Below are positions 27,661 to 36,242 of a DNA stretch of 44,166 bases, one piece after another. The notes under the pieces were generated by a model. It was not told the DNA's origin. It was given only the letters and a program-made list of their open reading frames with translations, and searched no databases. Positions within the stretch are counted from its first letter, which is position 1, and every line of letters starts with the position of its first letter. This DNA comes from a virus. Taxonomy: Duplodnaviria; Caudoviricetes. A program made the position numbers and the translations under genes. The stretch spans positions 1 to 44,166 of the IMG/VR virus record IMGVR_UViG_3300042310_000613, one strand, 5' to 3'.

Positions 27661-28840
27661 AAAAATGGCCTTGGATTGTGGAGTTAAGATTTCACAACCT
27701 TATCTTGATAGATATTTTCTTCCAGTAAGAAATGATAATTATATAATAATTGATACACGTTGCAAAAGTGCAACTGGTGAGTATGATTATTTTAATGATG
27801 TTCTTGATCTAATTAAACCTTATTTAAAAGAAGCTGGTATTGATATTTTTCAAATAGCTACTGATAAAAACGTAAAACTAGCTTGCGATAAATGTTTCAT
27901 CACGATTAATAAAAAACAAGAAAACTATTTAATATCCAAAGCTAGACTTTTAATTTCAAATGAAAACTATAGTTTGCATATAGCTTCAGTATTTAATACA
28001 AAATCAATTGGCTTATATTCTTTATTTAATCCAATCAATACTAGACCAGTTTGGAACACGAATTCTCAAATCATCCTTGAATCAGATAGAGATGGCAATC
28101 TTCCTTCTTATGGAAGATTAAATGAATCGCCAAAAACGATTAATTTTATTAGTCCATACGTTATAGCAAAAAATATTTTAGATTCTCTTGGCATATCTAA
28201 CGATCTTGAGCGTTTTGAATTGGTTCATTTGGGCAAGAGTTTTAATCAAAAAATTGTAGAAATTGTTCCTGATTTTATTTCTGATGGTAACTTTATGAAA
28301 GAAAGATCAATAAATTTGAGACTTGATTACGTTACGAATTTAAATTCATCTGCTTTTAATTATTGGGTAAGCAACAGGAAAGTAAATATTATCACAGATA
28401 AAGATATCAATATAAACATGGTTGCTCCTTATAGAAATAATATTCTATTAATGACTATAATGTTATCTGAAAACATTTCTGAAAAATTTTTAAAACACTG
28501 CAAATCTATAGGATTAAAATTAAAAATCTTCTGCGATGATAAAAATAAACTAGAAGAATATAGATTTAAGTTTCTAAATTGGGAAGTGCATCAAGATTTT
28601 GAAAACGAAGGAATCTTGAATAAATTAACAAATCTCTCTCAAAATTCTAAATTTATTAGTTCAAAGATTTTAATTTCTAAGGGTAAACAATTTTCCTGCA
28701 AAGCTAATTATTTCGCAAATAAACATCTTGACAATTCTGAAGAGTCTGTTATTCTATCGAAAGAATTCGAACAAGAAATAGAATTCTTTAAAATTTACAA
28801 TGAGCGAGAAGAATCCATTACTAGTGCCTCAGTCGCGTAA
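27647..28840 (+). CDS. Hypothetical protein, GT9/heptosyltransferase-like N-terminal half
   Basis: YLISKARLLI....LHIAS.F.TKSIGLYS resembles the GT9 donor-binding region. Confidence 0.5.
   Translation: MNLTEKMALDCGVKISQPYLDRYFLPVRNDNYIIIDTRCKSATGEYDYFNDVLDLIKPYLKEAGIDIFQIATDKNVKLACDKCFITINKKQENYLISKARLLISNENYSLHIASVFNTKSIGLYSLFNPINTRPVWNTNSQIILESDRDGNLPSYGRLNESPKTINFISPYVIAKNILDSLGISNDLERFELVHLGKSFNQKIVEIVPDFISDGNFMKERSINLRLDYVTNLNSSAFNYWVSNRKVNIITDKDININMVAPYRNNILLMTIMLSENISEKFLKHCKSIGLKLKIFCDDKNKLEEYRFKFLNWEVHQDFENEGILNKLTNLSQNSKFISSKILISKGKQFSCKANYFANKHLDNSEESVILSKEFEQEIEFFKIYNEREESITSASVA
28728..28755 (+). promoter_or_regulatory. Sigma70-like promoter
   Basis: TTGACA-N16-TATTCT with TGn, inside the 3' end of the upstream gene. 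Confidence 0.55.
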
Positions 28841-29549
28841 CACATGGGGCTTAATTGAAGGCATAGACTATAAAACAAATGAAGACGGCTCAATCAACTG
28901 GCGAGCAATGGTTAAAACAGAACATCTATTCCCTAATAGAGGTTGGTTTGAATTGCGTAAACAGCAGATGCCCACTTCGATTGAAGGTCTTGCTGATAAT
29001 CAGCTTCTTATCAAGCTTGCTGGCATTAAAGAACTCGCTAAGTTGCGAGGATATACAAGTGTAAAGTACGATGTAGTCAAGTGCGAAGCGTCTTATGTAT
29101 CTATTAAGTGCGGCATAACTTGGATTCCAAATTATGAATCAGAATATGAAAGTTACTACGAAGATATCGCAAATGCTACAGTCAATAATACTTCAGATTT
29201 TGCTGTCAAATTTTTGGAAACGATTGCAGCTAATCGCGCATTCGTTAGGGCTGTAAGAAATTTCCTTAACGTACACATCGTTGGTAGTGATGAAATCGAT
29301 GCTTCTAAGAAGGGTACTCCTTCTGTATTTGAAGACGATAATGAAGTCGCGCTTCCTTCTTCTCAGGGAATGCTAGAAAAGACTGCCAAGAATTCTGGTA
29401 TTAGTAATTTTGAAGAGTTTCAAGATTATCTTCGCAACGCTTGGAAACTAGGCGTTTATAAAAATGCAGAAGCTAAAGTCTGGACTAATTACAATGACAT
29501 TCCAGCAAAAGAAGCTAGAATTCTTATGTCAATTTTAAAAGATAAGTAA
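28800..29549 (+). CDS. Hypothetical protein (weak resemblance to Rad52/Sak-like annealing proteins)
   Basis: ETIAANRAFVRAVRNFLNV...DEI helix motif; function is speculative. Confidence 0.45.
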   Translation: MSEKNPLLVPQSRNTWGLIEGIDYKTNEDGSINWRAMVKTEHLFPNRGWFELRKQQMPTSIEGLADNQLLIKLAGIKELAKLRGYTSVKYDVVKCEASYVSIKCGITWIPNYESEYESYYEDIANATVNNTSDFAVKFLETIAANRAFVRAVRNFLNVHIVGSDEIDASKKGTPSVFEDDNEVALPSSQGMLEKTAKNSGISNFEEFQDYLRNAWKLGVYKNAEAKVWTNYNDIPAKEARILMSILKDK

Positions 29550-29550
29550 T

Positions 29551-29994
29551 ATGTATACTGAAAAAGTTCTACAAATCAATGTTAAAAAGCTTTCCGACAA
29601 TGCAACGATACCTAGCAAAGGAACAAGTTTCGCTGCTGGATATGATCTATATGCGGCAGAAGATGCTGTCGTGGTTTGCGGCTCAAGAAAACTAATTAAG
29701 ACAAATATTTCGATGGATATAACTCCCGGTTATTATGGACGTATTGCTCCTCGTTCTGGCCTAGCTTACAAGAGTGGAATTGATGTTCTGGCTGGAGTAA
29801 TTGATTCTGATTATCGTGGAGATATTGGAGTTATTCTTTATAATACAGATAAGAATATCGACTTCACTGTTAAGAAGGGCGATAGAATTGCTCAGATTAT
29901 TTTTGAAGCTTGTTATACTGCGACTTTAAATACTGTAGAAAATTTAGATAATACCTTGAGACAAGGTGGCGGCTATGGATCTACAGGCGTATGA
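29551..29994 (+). CDS. dut: Trimeric dUTPase
   Basis: AAGYDL, RIAPRSGLA, GVIDSDYRG, GDRIAQ, RQGGGYGSTG (motifs I-V). Confidence 0.97.
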   Translation: MYTEKVLQINVKKLSDNATIPSKGTSFAAGYDLYAAEDAVVVCGSRKLIKTNISMDITPGYYGRIAPRSGLAYKSGIDVLAGVIDSDYRGDIGVILYNTDKNIDFTVKKGDRIAQIIFEACYTATLNTVENLDNTLRQGGGYGSTGV

Positions 29995-30272
29995 ACGACA
30001 AACATATTAAAAAGATTTTAGATAAACAATTTAAGATAGCTAATTTAGATCTTAAATACGAAGATGTCCGCGACAATCAAACTCCAAATTGGCTTACAAA
30101 GTATTCTTGCACTGAAGAAGACAATGAAAAGTGGAAGAATTGGACCATGAAATATATGCGCGAAAAGATGAAGCTCACCAAAGATAAAGCATTGATAGAA
30201 ACAGCGTGGATTGATTTGAATTTTGGACTACGAACTTCAACTCATTCTGTCAAGAAGTCTAAAAAGAAGTGA
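29991..30272 (+). CDS. Hypothetical protein
   Basis: 93-aa ORF with ATGA overlap. Confidence 0.7.
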   Translation: MNDKHIKKILDKQFKIANLDLKYEDVRDNQTPNWLTKYSCTEEDNEKWKNWTMKYMREKMKLTKDKALIETAWIDLNFGLRTSTHSVKKSKKK

Positions 30273-30544
30273 AGCGAGATCTTAAATTATTAGATCTTTG
30301 TAAAGTCCTAGACACAGATTATTCTGATTATGGAGGAAAAATACGTCGTCACAGTGATCCTGACTACAATTACAGCGATTGTAGCGGTGGCTGTAAGCAT
30401 TTTATTCCTTTATACAATCAGAAATATAGAGATGCAGACATTGATTTCGGAGTCTGCACAAATAAAAGAAGTAAAAGATGTGGACTACTTACATTCGAAC
30501 ACCAAGCTGGTTACGGATGTTTTGAAACAGAAAAACTAAGGTGA
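30269..30544 (+). CDS. Cys-rich hypothetical protein
   Basis: CSGGCKHF...CTN...C...C; GTGA overlap with the upstream stop. Confidence 0.65.
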   Translation: MKRDLKLLDLCKVLDTDYSDYGGKIRRHSDPDYNYSDCSGGCKHFIPLYNQKYRDADIDFGVCTNKRSKRCGLLTFEHQAGYGCFETEKLR

Positions 30545-30632
30545 GGTGGCCGAGTCTGGTTTATGGCAGAATTCTACTAAAATTCCGTACTCCAAAAGAG
30601 TACCGAAGGTTCAAATCCTTCTCTCACCGCCA
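30540..30632 (+). tRNA. tRNA-Ser, anticodon ACT
   Basis: Acceptor GGTGAGG/TCTCACC, discriminator G plus CCA, anticodon arm GAATT-CTACTAA-AATTC, long variable arm GTACTC/GAGTAC, T arm GAAGG-TTCAAAT-CCTTC. Confidence 0.9.
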
Positions 30633-30640
30633 ATTTAAAT

Positions 30641-30714
30641 TGTCCGATGGTGTAACGGTAGCACAAAAGACTTTGACTCTTTTTGTATAGGTTCAAATCC
30701 TGTTCGGACAACCA
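30641..30714 (+). tRNA. tRNA-Gln, anticodon TTG
   Basis: Acceptor TGTCCGA/TCGGACA plus ACCA, anticodon arm AAAGA-CTTTGAC-TCTTT, GGTTCAAATCC. Confidence 0.92.
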
Positions 30715-30746
30715 TTTTATAAACAAGAATTATATAAATAAAAAAT

Positions 30747-30875
30747 ATGAGTGCTGGTAAAGGCGATAAACCAAGAAATTGTTTTAGTAAACAATATAAA
30801 GATAATCACGATTCTATCGATTGGGGTCGAAAGAAAAATAAGAAGATAAAGAAAGGCTCCAATAGTGAGCGATAA
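30747..30875 (+). CDS. 42-aa basic hypothetical protein
   Basis: MSAGKGDKPRNCFSKQYKDNHDSIDWGRKKNKKIKKGSNSER*; GKG.KPR...N.D.I.W is a small-phage-protein pattern. Confidence 0.65.
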   Translation: MSAGKGDKPRNCFSKQYKDNHDSIDWGRKKNKKIKKGSNSER

Positions 30876-31080
30876 TTCTTCAAATATACATAGAGCAGTT
30901 AATATAACTACTCTTAGTGAAAAAGATATTAAAAAACACTCATTAGTAAAAACTGACGACTTGTTTAAAAAAGATGATTATATATTGTTATATGATGATC
31001 AGTATGTAAAAATTGGAGAAGGAAATAGACTTCTTAAGTATAAAGTCATTAAAGAAAATACCGTATATAGAAAGAAGTAA
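30865..31080 (+). CDS. Hypothetical protein
   Basis: 71-aa ORF with GTG start. Confidence 0.55.
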   Translation: MSDNSSNIHRAVNITTLSEKDIKKHSLVKTDDLFKKDDYILLYDDQYVKIGEGNRLLKYKVIKENTVYRKK

Positions 31081-31086
31081 GTGTAA
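31081..31086 (+). promoter_or_regulatory. GTGTAA motif
   Basis: Begins 14 nt before ATG 31095. Confidence 0.6.
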
Positions 31087-31094
31087 ATAATTTT

Positions 31095-32405
31095 ATGGCC
31101 CAACTGTTCGCTGCTCAATTTCCTCAGAATATAAATACTAATTTGATTTATGATACTCAAAAAGAGTATTATAGACCATTTATGGACACTGATTTTTTTG
31201 GCGGCACTTCGATTACTAATGCATCTAAAGACGCTTTTGGTCGCCAAAGAGTTTCTAATCCTTTTACTTTATTTGATAGTTCTCATAGATTCAAAGACAA
31301 CAATCTTTGGAGTACGGCCACCACTGGAACAGCATCAGCCACTTTTAATGCTAATCAAGGTTTAATTGATTTAACAGTCGATAATAGCATTAATTCTGAA
31401 GTAGTAAGAGAGACCACAAAAGTATTTTCTTATCAACCGGGAAAATCATTATTAATAATGAATACTTTTGTGATGGAGCCTTCAAAAACTGGCCTTCGTC
31501 AAAGAGTTGGATATTATGGCGATAGTAATGGAATATATTTAGAACTTGCTAATTCTGTTTTATATATAGTTAAAAGAAGCTCTGTAAGCGGTGTTTTGGT
31601 AGACACTAGAGTAGCTCAATCATCTTGGAGCAATGACAATTTAGATGGAACTGGTCCTTCTGGTTTAACTTTAGACATTTCTAAAGCTCAGATTTTATGG
31701 ATGGATATTGAATGGTTGGGTGTAGGTTCTGTTAGAACAGGATTTGTTATAAATGGCGAATTTGTTTTATGTCATATTTTTAATCACGCAAATTTAATAA
31801 CATCAACATATATTACAACAGCATCATTACCTCTTCGTTATGAAATCAAAAATACTGCCGCAACTTCTGGTAGTAGCACTTTAAAGCAAATTTGTTCAAC
31901 TGTAATTTCTGAAGGAGGTTATGAACTTCGTGGATTACAACAAGCAGTAACTATTCCTTTAAACACTCCAAGAGACTGCACCGTCGCAAATACTTACTAT
32001 CCAGTTATTTCTCTTAAATTAAAATCTGGATTTTTAGATGCAATTGTAATTTTAACTGCATTAAGTATGGTCGGCGCTGGAAATAACGCAATATTTAATT
32101 GGCAAGTAGTCGCTTCTGGAACCACTGCTGGAGGAAGTTGGATTGATGCTGGTGCAAATTCAGCAGTTCAATATAACATTTCAGGGACATCATTCTCAGG
32201 AGGAAGAATTTTAGCTTCTGGATACATTACTTCAAATACTCAAAGTCAAACAGTAATAGATATTTTAAAAGAAGCTTTATTTAAATTTCAATTAGAAAGA
32301 AATGGTTTAACTTCCACTCCTAACGAATTGACTTTAATTATTGCGTCTAAAGTTGCTGGAGATGACGTTTATGCATCAATGGACTGGGAAGAAATAAGCA
32401 GATAA
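31095..32405 (+). CDS. Putative virion structural protein (beta-sandwich rich)
   Basis: DAFGRQRVSNPFTLFDS, YQPGKS, WLGVG.VR, LPLRYEI and terminal WEE; Ser/Thr/Gly-rich pattern typical of myophage structural proteins. Confidence 0.65.
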   Translation: MAQLFAAQFPQNINTNLIYDTQKEYYRPFMDTDFFGGTSITNASKDAFGRQRVSNPFTLFDSSHRFKDNNLWSTATTGTASATFNANQGLIDLTVDNSINSEVVRETTKVFSYQPGKSLLIMNTFVMEPSKTGLRQRVGYYGDSNGIYLELANSVLYIVKRSSVSGVLVDTRVAQSSWSNDNLDGTGPSGLTLDISKAQILWMDIEWLGVGSVRTGFVINGEFVLCHIFNHANLITSTYITTASLPLRYEIKNTAATSGSSTLKQICSTVISEGGYELRGLQQAVTIPLNTPRDCTVANTYYPVISLKLKSGFLDAIVILTALSMVGAGNNAIFNWQVVASGTTAGGSWIDAGANSAVQYNISGTSFSGGRILASGYITSNTQSQTVIDILKEALFKFQLERNGLTSTPNELTLIIASKVAGDDVYASMDWEEISR

Positions 32406-32434
32406 TATTTTATTATTTCTTTTTTTGATTACCT

Positions 32435-32440
32435 GTGTAA
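32435..32440 (+). promoter_or_regulatory. GTGTAA motif
   Basis: Begins 14 nt before ATG 32449. Confidence 0.6.
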
Positions 32441-32448
32441 TAACAGAT

Positions 32449-33408
32449 ATGACAACCAAACTACCAATATTAATACTATTGGTTTTTTTATTTACTGGGT
32501 GCTTCTCTACCATCAAACCTTCTAAGCAGATAGATGATAATCAGAAAGTTATCGCTAAAGAAGAGAAAAAAGTAGATACTACTTTAGTAGAAATCGAAAA
32601 GAACGATAAAGGCAAGAGAATTCAAACCTCTGGGCTTTCAATCGGCATTCAACACTCTTTAAATCAAGTTTCAAATCCACCCGTTCAAGTAGATACGGCT
32701 AAAGCTCTTAATGAAAGAGTGATTTCTATTGTCGGCTCGCCTCATATTGATGAAATAAAAAGAATTAAAGCCACCGTAGATCTATTAAATTCTCAAGTTG
32801 CCGAAGAACGCAAAAAAGGTGAAGAATTATTATCTCAGCGAGATGAAATAATTAATAAACTTCAAAAAGAAAAGTCAGAATTAAATGAAAAATACGATGA
32901 TCAACTCTGGCAACTAACCGATAAAGCTAAAGAAGTCGCCAAAGAAGCTGATCAAAATAAAGCTGTATTAGATTCAATGAGCGGAATGTTTGGTCTTAAT
33001 GCAGTATTTTGGGGGTTAAAGAAGTTCTTTATTAGCGCATTAACTGCAATTATTGTATTTGTGGTAGTATTCGTTATTCTTCGCCTTCTAGCAACTGTAC
33101 ATCCTGCCGCTGGTGCTGCATTTTCAATATTTAATATGTTAGGATCGGCAATCATCTCAGTTCTAAAGGCTTTAACTCCCAAAGCTTTTGAAATGTGTAA
33201 TTTCGCCACAAAAAATAAGGTTGATGAATTTAAATCTCCTCTTGTTAAAATTGTAGATGTAATTCAAGAGCTTAAAGAAAAACAAAAAGAATCTCCAGAT
33301 AGAGTATATCCATTAACCGAAGTATTAAAGAGATTTGATAAAGAAATGGATAAACCAGAAAAAGATTTGATTGATGATATTTTAAAAGAACAAAAGTGGA
33401 TTAAATAA
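32449..33408 (+). CDS. Lipoprotein with coiled coil and internal transmembrane segments (spanin-like architecture)
   Basis: MTTKLPILILLVFLFTG|C lipobox, long coiled coil, hydrophobic ALTAIIVFVVVFVIL and AAGAAFSIF segments. Confidence 0.6.
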   Translation: MTTKLPILILLVFLFTGCFSTIKPSKQIDDNQKVIAKEEKKVDTTLVEIEKNDKGKRIQTSGLSIGIQHSLNQVSNPPVQVDTAKALNERVISIVGSPHIDEIKRIKATVDLLNSQVAEERKKGEELLSQRDEIINKLQKEKSELNEKYDDQLWQLTDKAKEVAKEADQNKAVLDSMSGMFGLNAVFWGLKKFFISALTAIIVFVVVFVILRLLATVHPAAGAAFSIFNMLGSAIISVLKALTPKAFEMCNFATKNKVDEFKSPLVKIVDVIQELKEKQKESPDRVYPLTEVLKRFDKEMDKPEKDLIDDILKEQKWIK

Positions 33409-33417
33409 AAATTAAAA

Positions 33418-34035
33418 ATGAATGAAATCTTCTCAAATATAAAGAAACACTTATTAGTTGTACTTTTACCAACTGCGCTTTTAGTTATTCTTTCGCTATC
33501 TTGTTTAAAAGATATAGAAAAAGCGTTTGCAAGATTTAGATTTGGCAGAGATATAACTCTCTACCTTAGAAAATCTACAGATCATTTAACCTATCTTGGT
33601 GCTGCATATACGGCTACAGGCGACAAAAAGTTCATAGAGCAATTTAATACTCATTTAAAAGAAAGAGAAAATTATTTCAATAACCAAGTTTTTATTTCTA
33701 AAATACTTACTCAAGATGAATTAAAAGAGTTTCGAGTTGGCTTAGACATAAGCAACGAATTAGCAAAAGAAGTAGAAGGCCCTGCTTTTGAAAAGATGGA
33801 TAGCAAAGCATTCTTTGGTGATAAATATTTAGATTATAAAAAGAAAATATATGATAGCAAAGATAAATTTAGAACATTAATTAATGATAGCTCTGAAAAA
33901 ATAATTAAGGACGAAACAAAACTACTAAATATATATTTATACAGTTTATGTTTGATTATTATCTCATTAGTTTTTTTAATTAAAAGCGACAATCAACCCA
34001 TTAAAAAGAAAACTATAAAAAAGAAAAAGAAATAA
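33418..34035 (+). CDS. Two-TM membrane protein with a helical extracytoplasmic domain
   Basis: N- and C-terminal TM segments flank LRKSTDHLT...YTATGD; Lys-rich tail. Confidence 0.6.
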   Translation: MNEIFSNIKKHLLVVLLPTALLVILSLSCLKDIEKAFARFRFGRDITLYLRKSTDHLTYLGAAYTATGDKKFIEQFNTHLKERENYFNNQVFISKILTQDELKEFRVGLDISNELAKEVEGPAFEKMDSKAFFGDKYLDYKKKIYDSKDKFRTLINDSSEKIIKDETKLLNIYLYSLCLIIISLVFLIKSDNQPIKKKTIKKKKK

Positions 34036-34038
34036 TTT

Positions 34039-34374
34039 ATGGATCAACTTCAAAAAATGGGAATCCAGATTGGTTTTTTAATCAGTGGTTTATTTGGAGC
34101 TATATTAATGGCTACAAAAAACGAAAAAACAGATGTTAAATCTGTATTTTTATCTTTAGTAGGCGGAATGTCAGCGGCCAACTTCCTTACTCCTGTTCTA
34201 GTTGACATATTAAATATAACAAATACTAAACACCAAAATGGCATAGCTTTTATTGCAGGATTTCTAGGGTTAAAATTAGTAGAAATAGTTAGTGAAAAAT
34301 TCTTGGAAAAAATTAATAATAATCCCAAAACAAAAACTAAAAAAAGATTAAAAAGTAATACTCCCATCACTTAA
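34039..34374 (+). CDS. Putative holin-like membrane protein
   Basis: Three hydrophobic segments (GLFGA, GGMSAANFLTP, IAFIAGFLG) and a basic C-terminal tail. Confidence 0.55.
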   Translation: MDQLQKMGIQIGFLISGLFGAILMATKNEKTDVKSVFLSLVGGMSAANFLTPVLVDILNITNTKHQNGIAFIAGFLGLKLVEIVSEKFLEKINNNPKTKTKKRLKSNTPIT

Positions 34375-34380
34375 TTTCTA

Positions 34381-34386
34381 GTGTAA
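34381..34386 (+). promoter_or_regulatory. GTGTAA motif
   Basis: Begins 14 nt before ATG 34395. Confidence 0.6.
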
Positions 34387-34394
34387 AAAACGAT

Positions 34395-34616
34395 ATGTCA
34401 GATCAATATAACAACAACAGTTATGATGCAGTTCTGTCAAGGATGGAACAAAAACTAGACACTATTGCTGAAAATATTGACAACATTAAAAAAGGCCAGA
34501 AAGACTTGGAAACGCGAGTCGCTGGTCTTGAGTATTTTAAATATTATTTAGCAGGAATAGTCGCAGCAGTTTCAGTTGGTGCTAATTATTTAATGAATAA
34601 AGTAAAGAACGGTTGA
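34395..34616 (+). CDS. Small coiled-coil + C-terminal TM protein (XhlA-like)
   Basis: LSRMEQKLD...LETRVAGLE followed by YLAGIVAAVSVGA. Confidence 0.55.
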   Translation: MSDQYNNNSYDAVLSRMEQKLDTIAENIDNIKKGQKDLETRVAGLEYFKYYLAGIVAAVSVGANYLMNKVKNG

Positions 34617-34630
34617 TCAAAGAAAATTTC

Positions 34631-34658
34631 TTGACTTCTTGCGAAATCTGTGTAAGAT
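34631..34658 (+). promoter_or_regulatory. Sigma70-like promoter for the beta-barrel gene (overlaps a GTGTAA at 34650)
   Basis: TTGACT-N16-TAAGAT; ATG 9 nt after the -10. Confidence 0.65.
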
Positions 34659-34667
34659 CATATACCT

Positions 34668-35372
34668 ATGATTAAGTCATTTAAGTTATTCATCGCGTCA
34701 ATTCTAGCCTCAGTCGCAGTTTTTGCTGCGGATACTGAGTCAACAATCAATGCCAGCATTAACGCTGGTTACAACAATCACTACATCGTTAACGGTCTAG
34801 CAAAGACTAGCGAATCGGCATTTGCTGGTTTCGACATTGGAAAGACTTATTTTGGTGTAGATACTTATGTCGGTGGTGTCATTCTTCCTAATTCTAACAA
34901 CATTGATGAATCTCACTGGAAGGTTGGAGTTGGTAAGGCTCTAAAGATTACTGAGAAGTTCTCGCTTCGTGGTGATTTGCAAGCACTTCGTCACCAGAGT
35001 TCAATTGTTGGAGGTCGCAATTCTACTGAAATCGCTCCAAAGATTGCATTGGTAAATCCTTATCTAACTCCTTATATTCGCGGTTCACATGATTTTAACC
35101 TTGGTCAATCAGGTTATATCGTTGGTGCTGAACGTCCAACCGATGTATTTGGTTGGTTCACGCTTACTCCTACCGTCGAATATGGTAAGTTTACTGATTA
35201 TGATGTCGTAGCTGCTAAGATTGGTGTCTCTCGCACCTTCTTCAATCATCTTCAACCTTATGCTGAAGTTGGATACTATGATAATAATTTTCAAGCCTCT
35301 AAGTACAACTTTGCAAGTCAAGAGTTCAGCGGTGATGTAGTCGTTCTAGCGGGAGTTCGCTGGAACTTCTAA
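34668..35372 (+). CDS. Outer-membrane beta-barrel protein (porin-like)
   Basis: Sec signal peptide ending AVFA|A, alternating amphipathic strands, C-terminal BAM-type signal AGVRWNF. Confidence 0.8.
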   Translation: MIKSFKLFIASILASVAVFAADTESTINASINAGYNNHYIVNGLAKTSESAFAGFDIGKTYFGVDTYVGGVILPNSNNIDESHWKVGVGKALKITEKFSLRGDLQALRHQSSIVGGRNSTEIAPKIALVNPYLTPYIRGSHDFNLGQSGYIVGAERPTDVFGWFTLTPTVEYGKFTDYDVVAAKIGVSRTFFNHLQPYAEVGYYDNNFQASKYNFASQEFSGDVVVLAGVRWNF

Positions 35373-35397
35373 TAGTGAACGATATTTAGTCAAATAT

Positions 35398-35425
35398 ACC
35401 GTCAACGAAAGTTGGCGGTTTTTTT
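35398..35425 (+). terminator. Intrinsic terminator
   Basis: ACCGTCAAC-gaaa-GTTGGCGGT followed by a T run. Confidence 0.88.
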
Positions 35426-35428
35426 GTG

Positions 35429-35456
35429 TTGACATTTCAAAGTTTTTTGTTAACCT
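35429..35456 (+). promoter_or_regulatory. Sigma70-like promoter
   Basis: TTGACA-N16-TAACCT with TGn; ATG 6 nt after the -10. Confidence 0.65.
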
Positions 35457-35462
35457 AGTTCA

Positions 35463-36056
35463 ATGTCGAGTTATTCTAATCAAATAACCACTTTATTATT
35501 AGATTCGTCTTTCATGCCTTATACCTTTTTAACTGGTAGGGCTACATTCTTGCATTTAATAAAAAATAATATTAAATGTTTCGACGCAAGCGAGAATCTA
35601 ATAGATAATAATCTTCAATGGTTTTCTAATCAAGGTATTGATTTTCATCAAGACCAGCCATTTTTGACTTCCAAAGATAAAATTTGGTTTTTGCCAACAA
35701 CCGCTGTAATTAAAGCTTCTTTTTATTCGAAAAGAAAAAAATTACCGCGCACTTTAAGTTTACAAAAATTGTGTATGATTTTTGATTATACTTGTCAGAT
35801 TTGTCACGAAAGATTTGACAAAAAGGACATGACTGTGGAACATATATTTCCTCGCTCTAAAGGAGGAACAAAGGAAATAGAAAATATCACCTTAACTTGT
35901 GCGCGGTGTAATCAAATAAAGAAAGACATGTATCCATTCTTTGATAACAAGAATCGCGATATCAAATCTGTTCCCATGCCGATTCCCGTTCTTCCTAATA
36001 AACCAATTAATAATCGCGAAGAATGGCAAAAATACTTTATTTATAAAAAAATATGA
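35463..36056 (+). CDS. HNH endonuclease (McrA-like)
   Basis: CQIC, TVEHIFPRSKGG, NITLTCARCNQIK. Confidence 0.88.
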   Translation: MSSYSNQITTLLLDSSFMPYTFLTGRATFLHLIKNNIKCFDASENLIDNNLQWFSNQGIDFHQDQPFLTSKDKIWFLPTTAVIKASFYSKRKKLPRTLSLQKLCMIFDYTCQICHERFDKKDMTVEHIFPRSKGGTKEIENITLTCARCNQIKKDMYPFFDNKNRDIKSVPMPIPVLPNKPINNREEWQKYFIYKKI

Positions 36057-36238
36057 ACGCATCCGAATTCGAAAGAACTAAACCAGTTAACACTTTTAGA
36101 AAAATAAAAGAACTCGAAAAACTAATTAAAGAAGAACAGATAAAAACTGAAAATTTTTACGCAAATCGTATCGCGACTCTTGACACTATGCTAAAAGCAG
36201 TGCATGATGTCATAGAAACATTTAAAAAAGGAGAGTGA
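36053..36238 (+). CDS. Hypothetical coiled-coil protein
   Basis: 61-aa ORF with ATGA overlap. Confidence 0.6.
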   Translation: MNASEFERTKPVNTFRKIKELEKLIKEEQIKTENFYANRIATLDTMLKAVHDVIETFKKGE

Positions 36239-36242
36239 AACC

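Noticed and set aside
30574-30580. Amber-suppressor (CTA) reading of the tRNA-Ser loop, implying stop-codon recoding
   Set aside because: The 5-bp stem and 7-nt loop place ACT, not CTA, at positions 34-36. TAG ends genes normally (4668, 15146, 42147) and conserved genes are intact in the standard code.
30733-30740. T4-type late promoter TATAAATA
   Set aside because: An isolated match in very AT-rich DNA that does not recur at a fixed position before structural genes, unlike GTGTAA.
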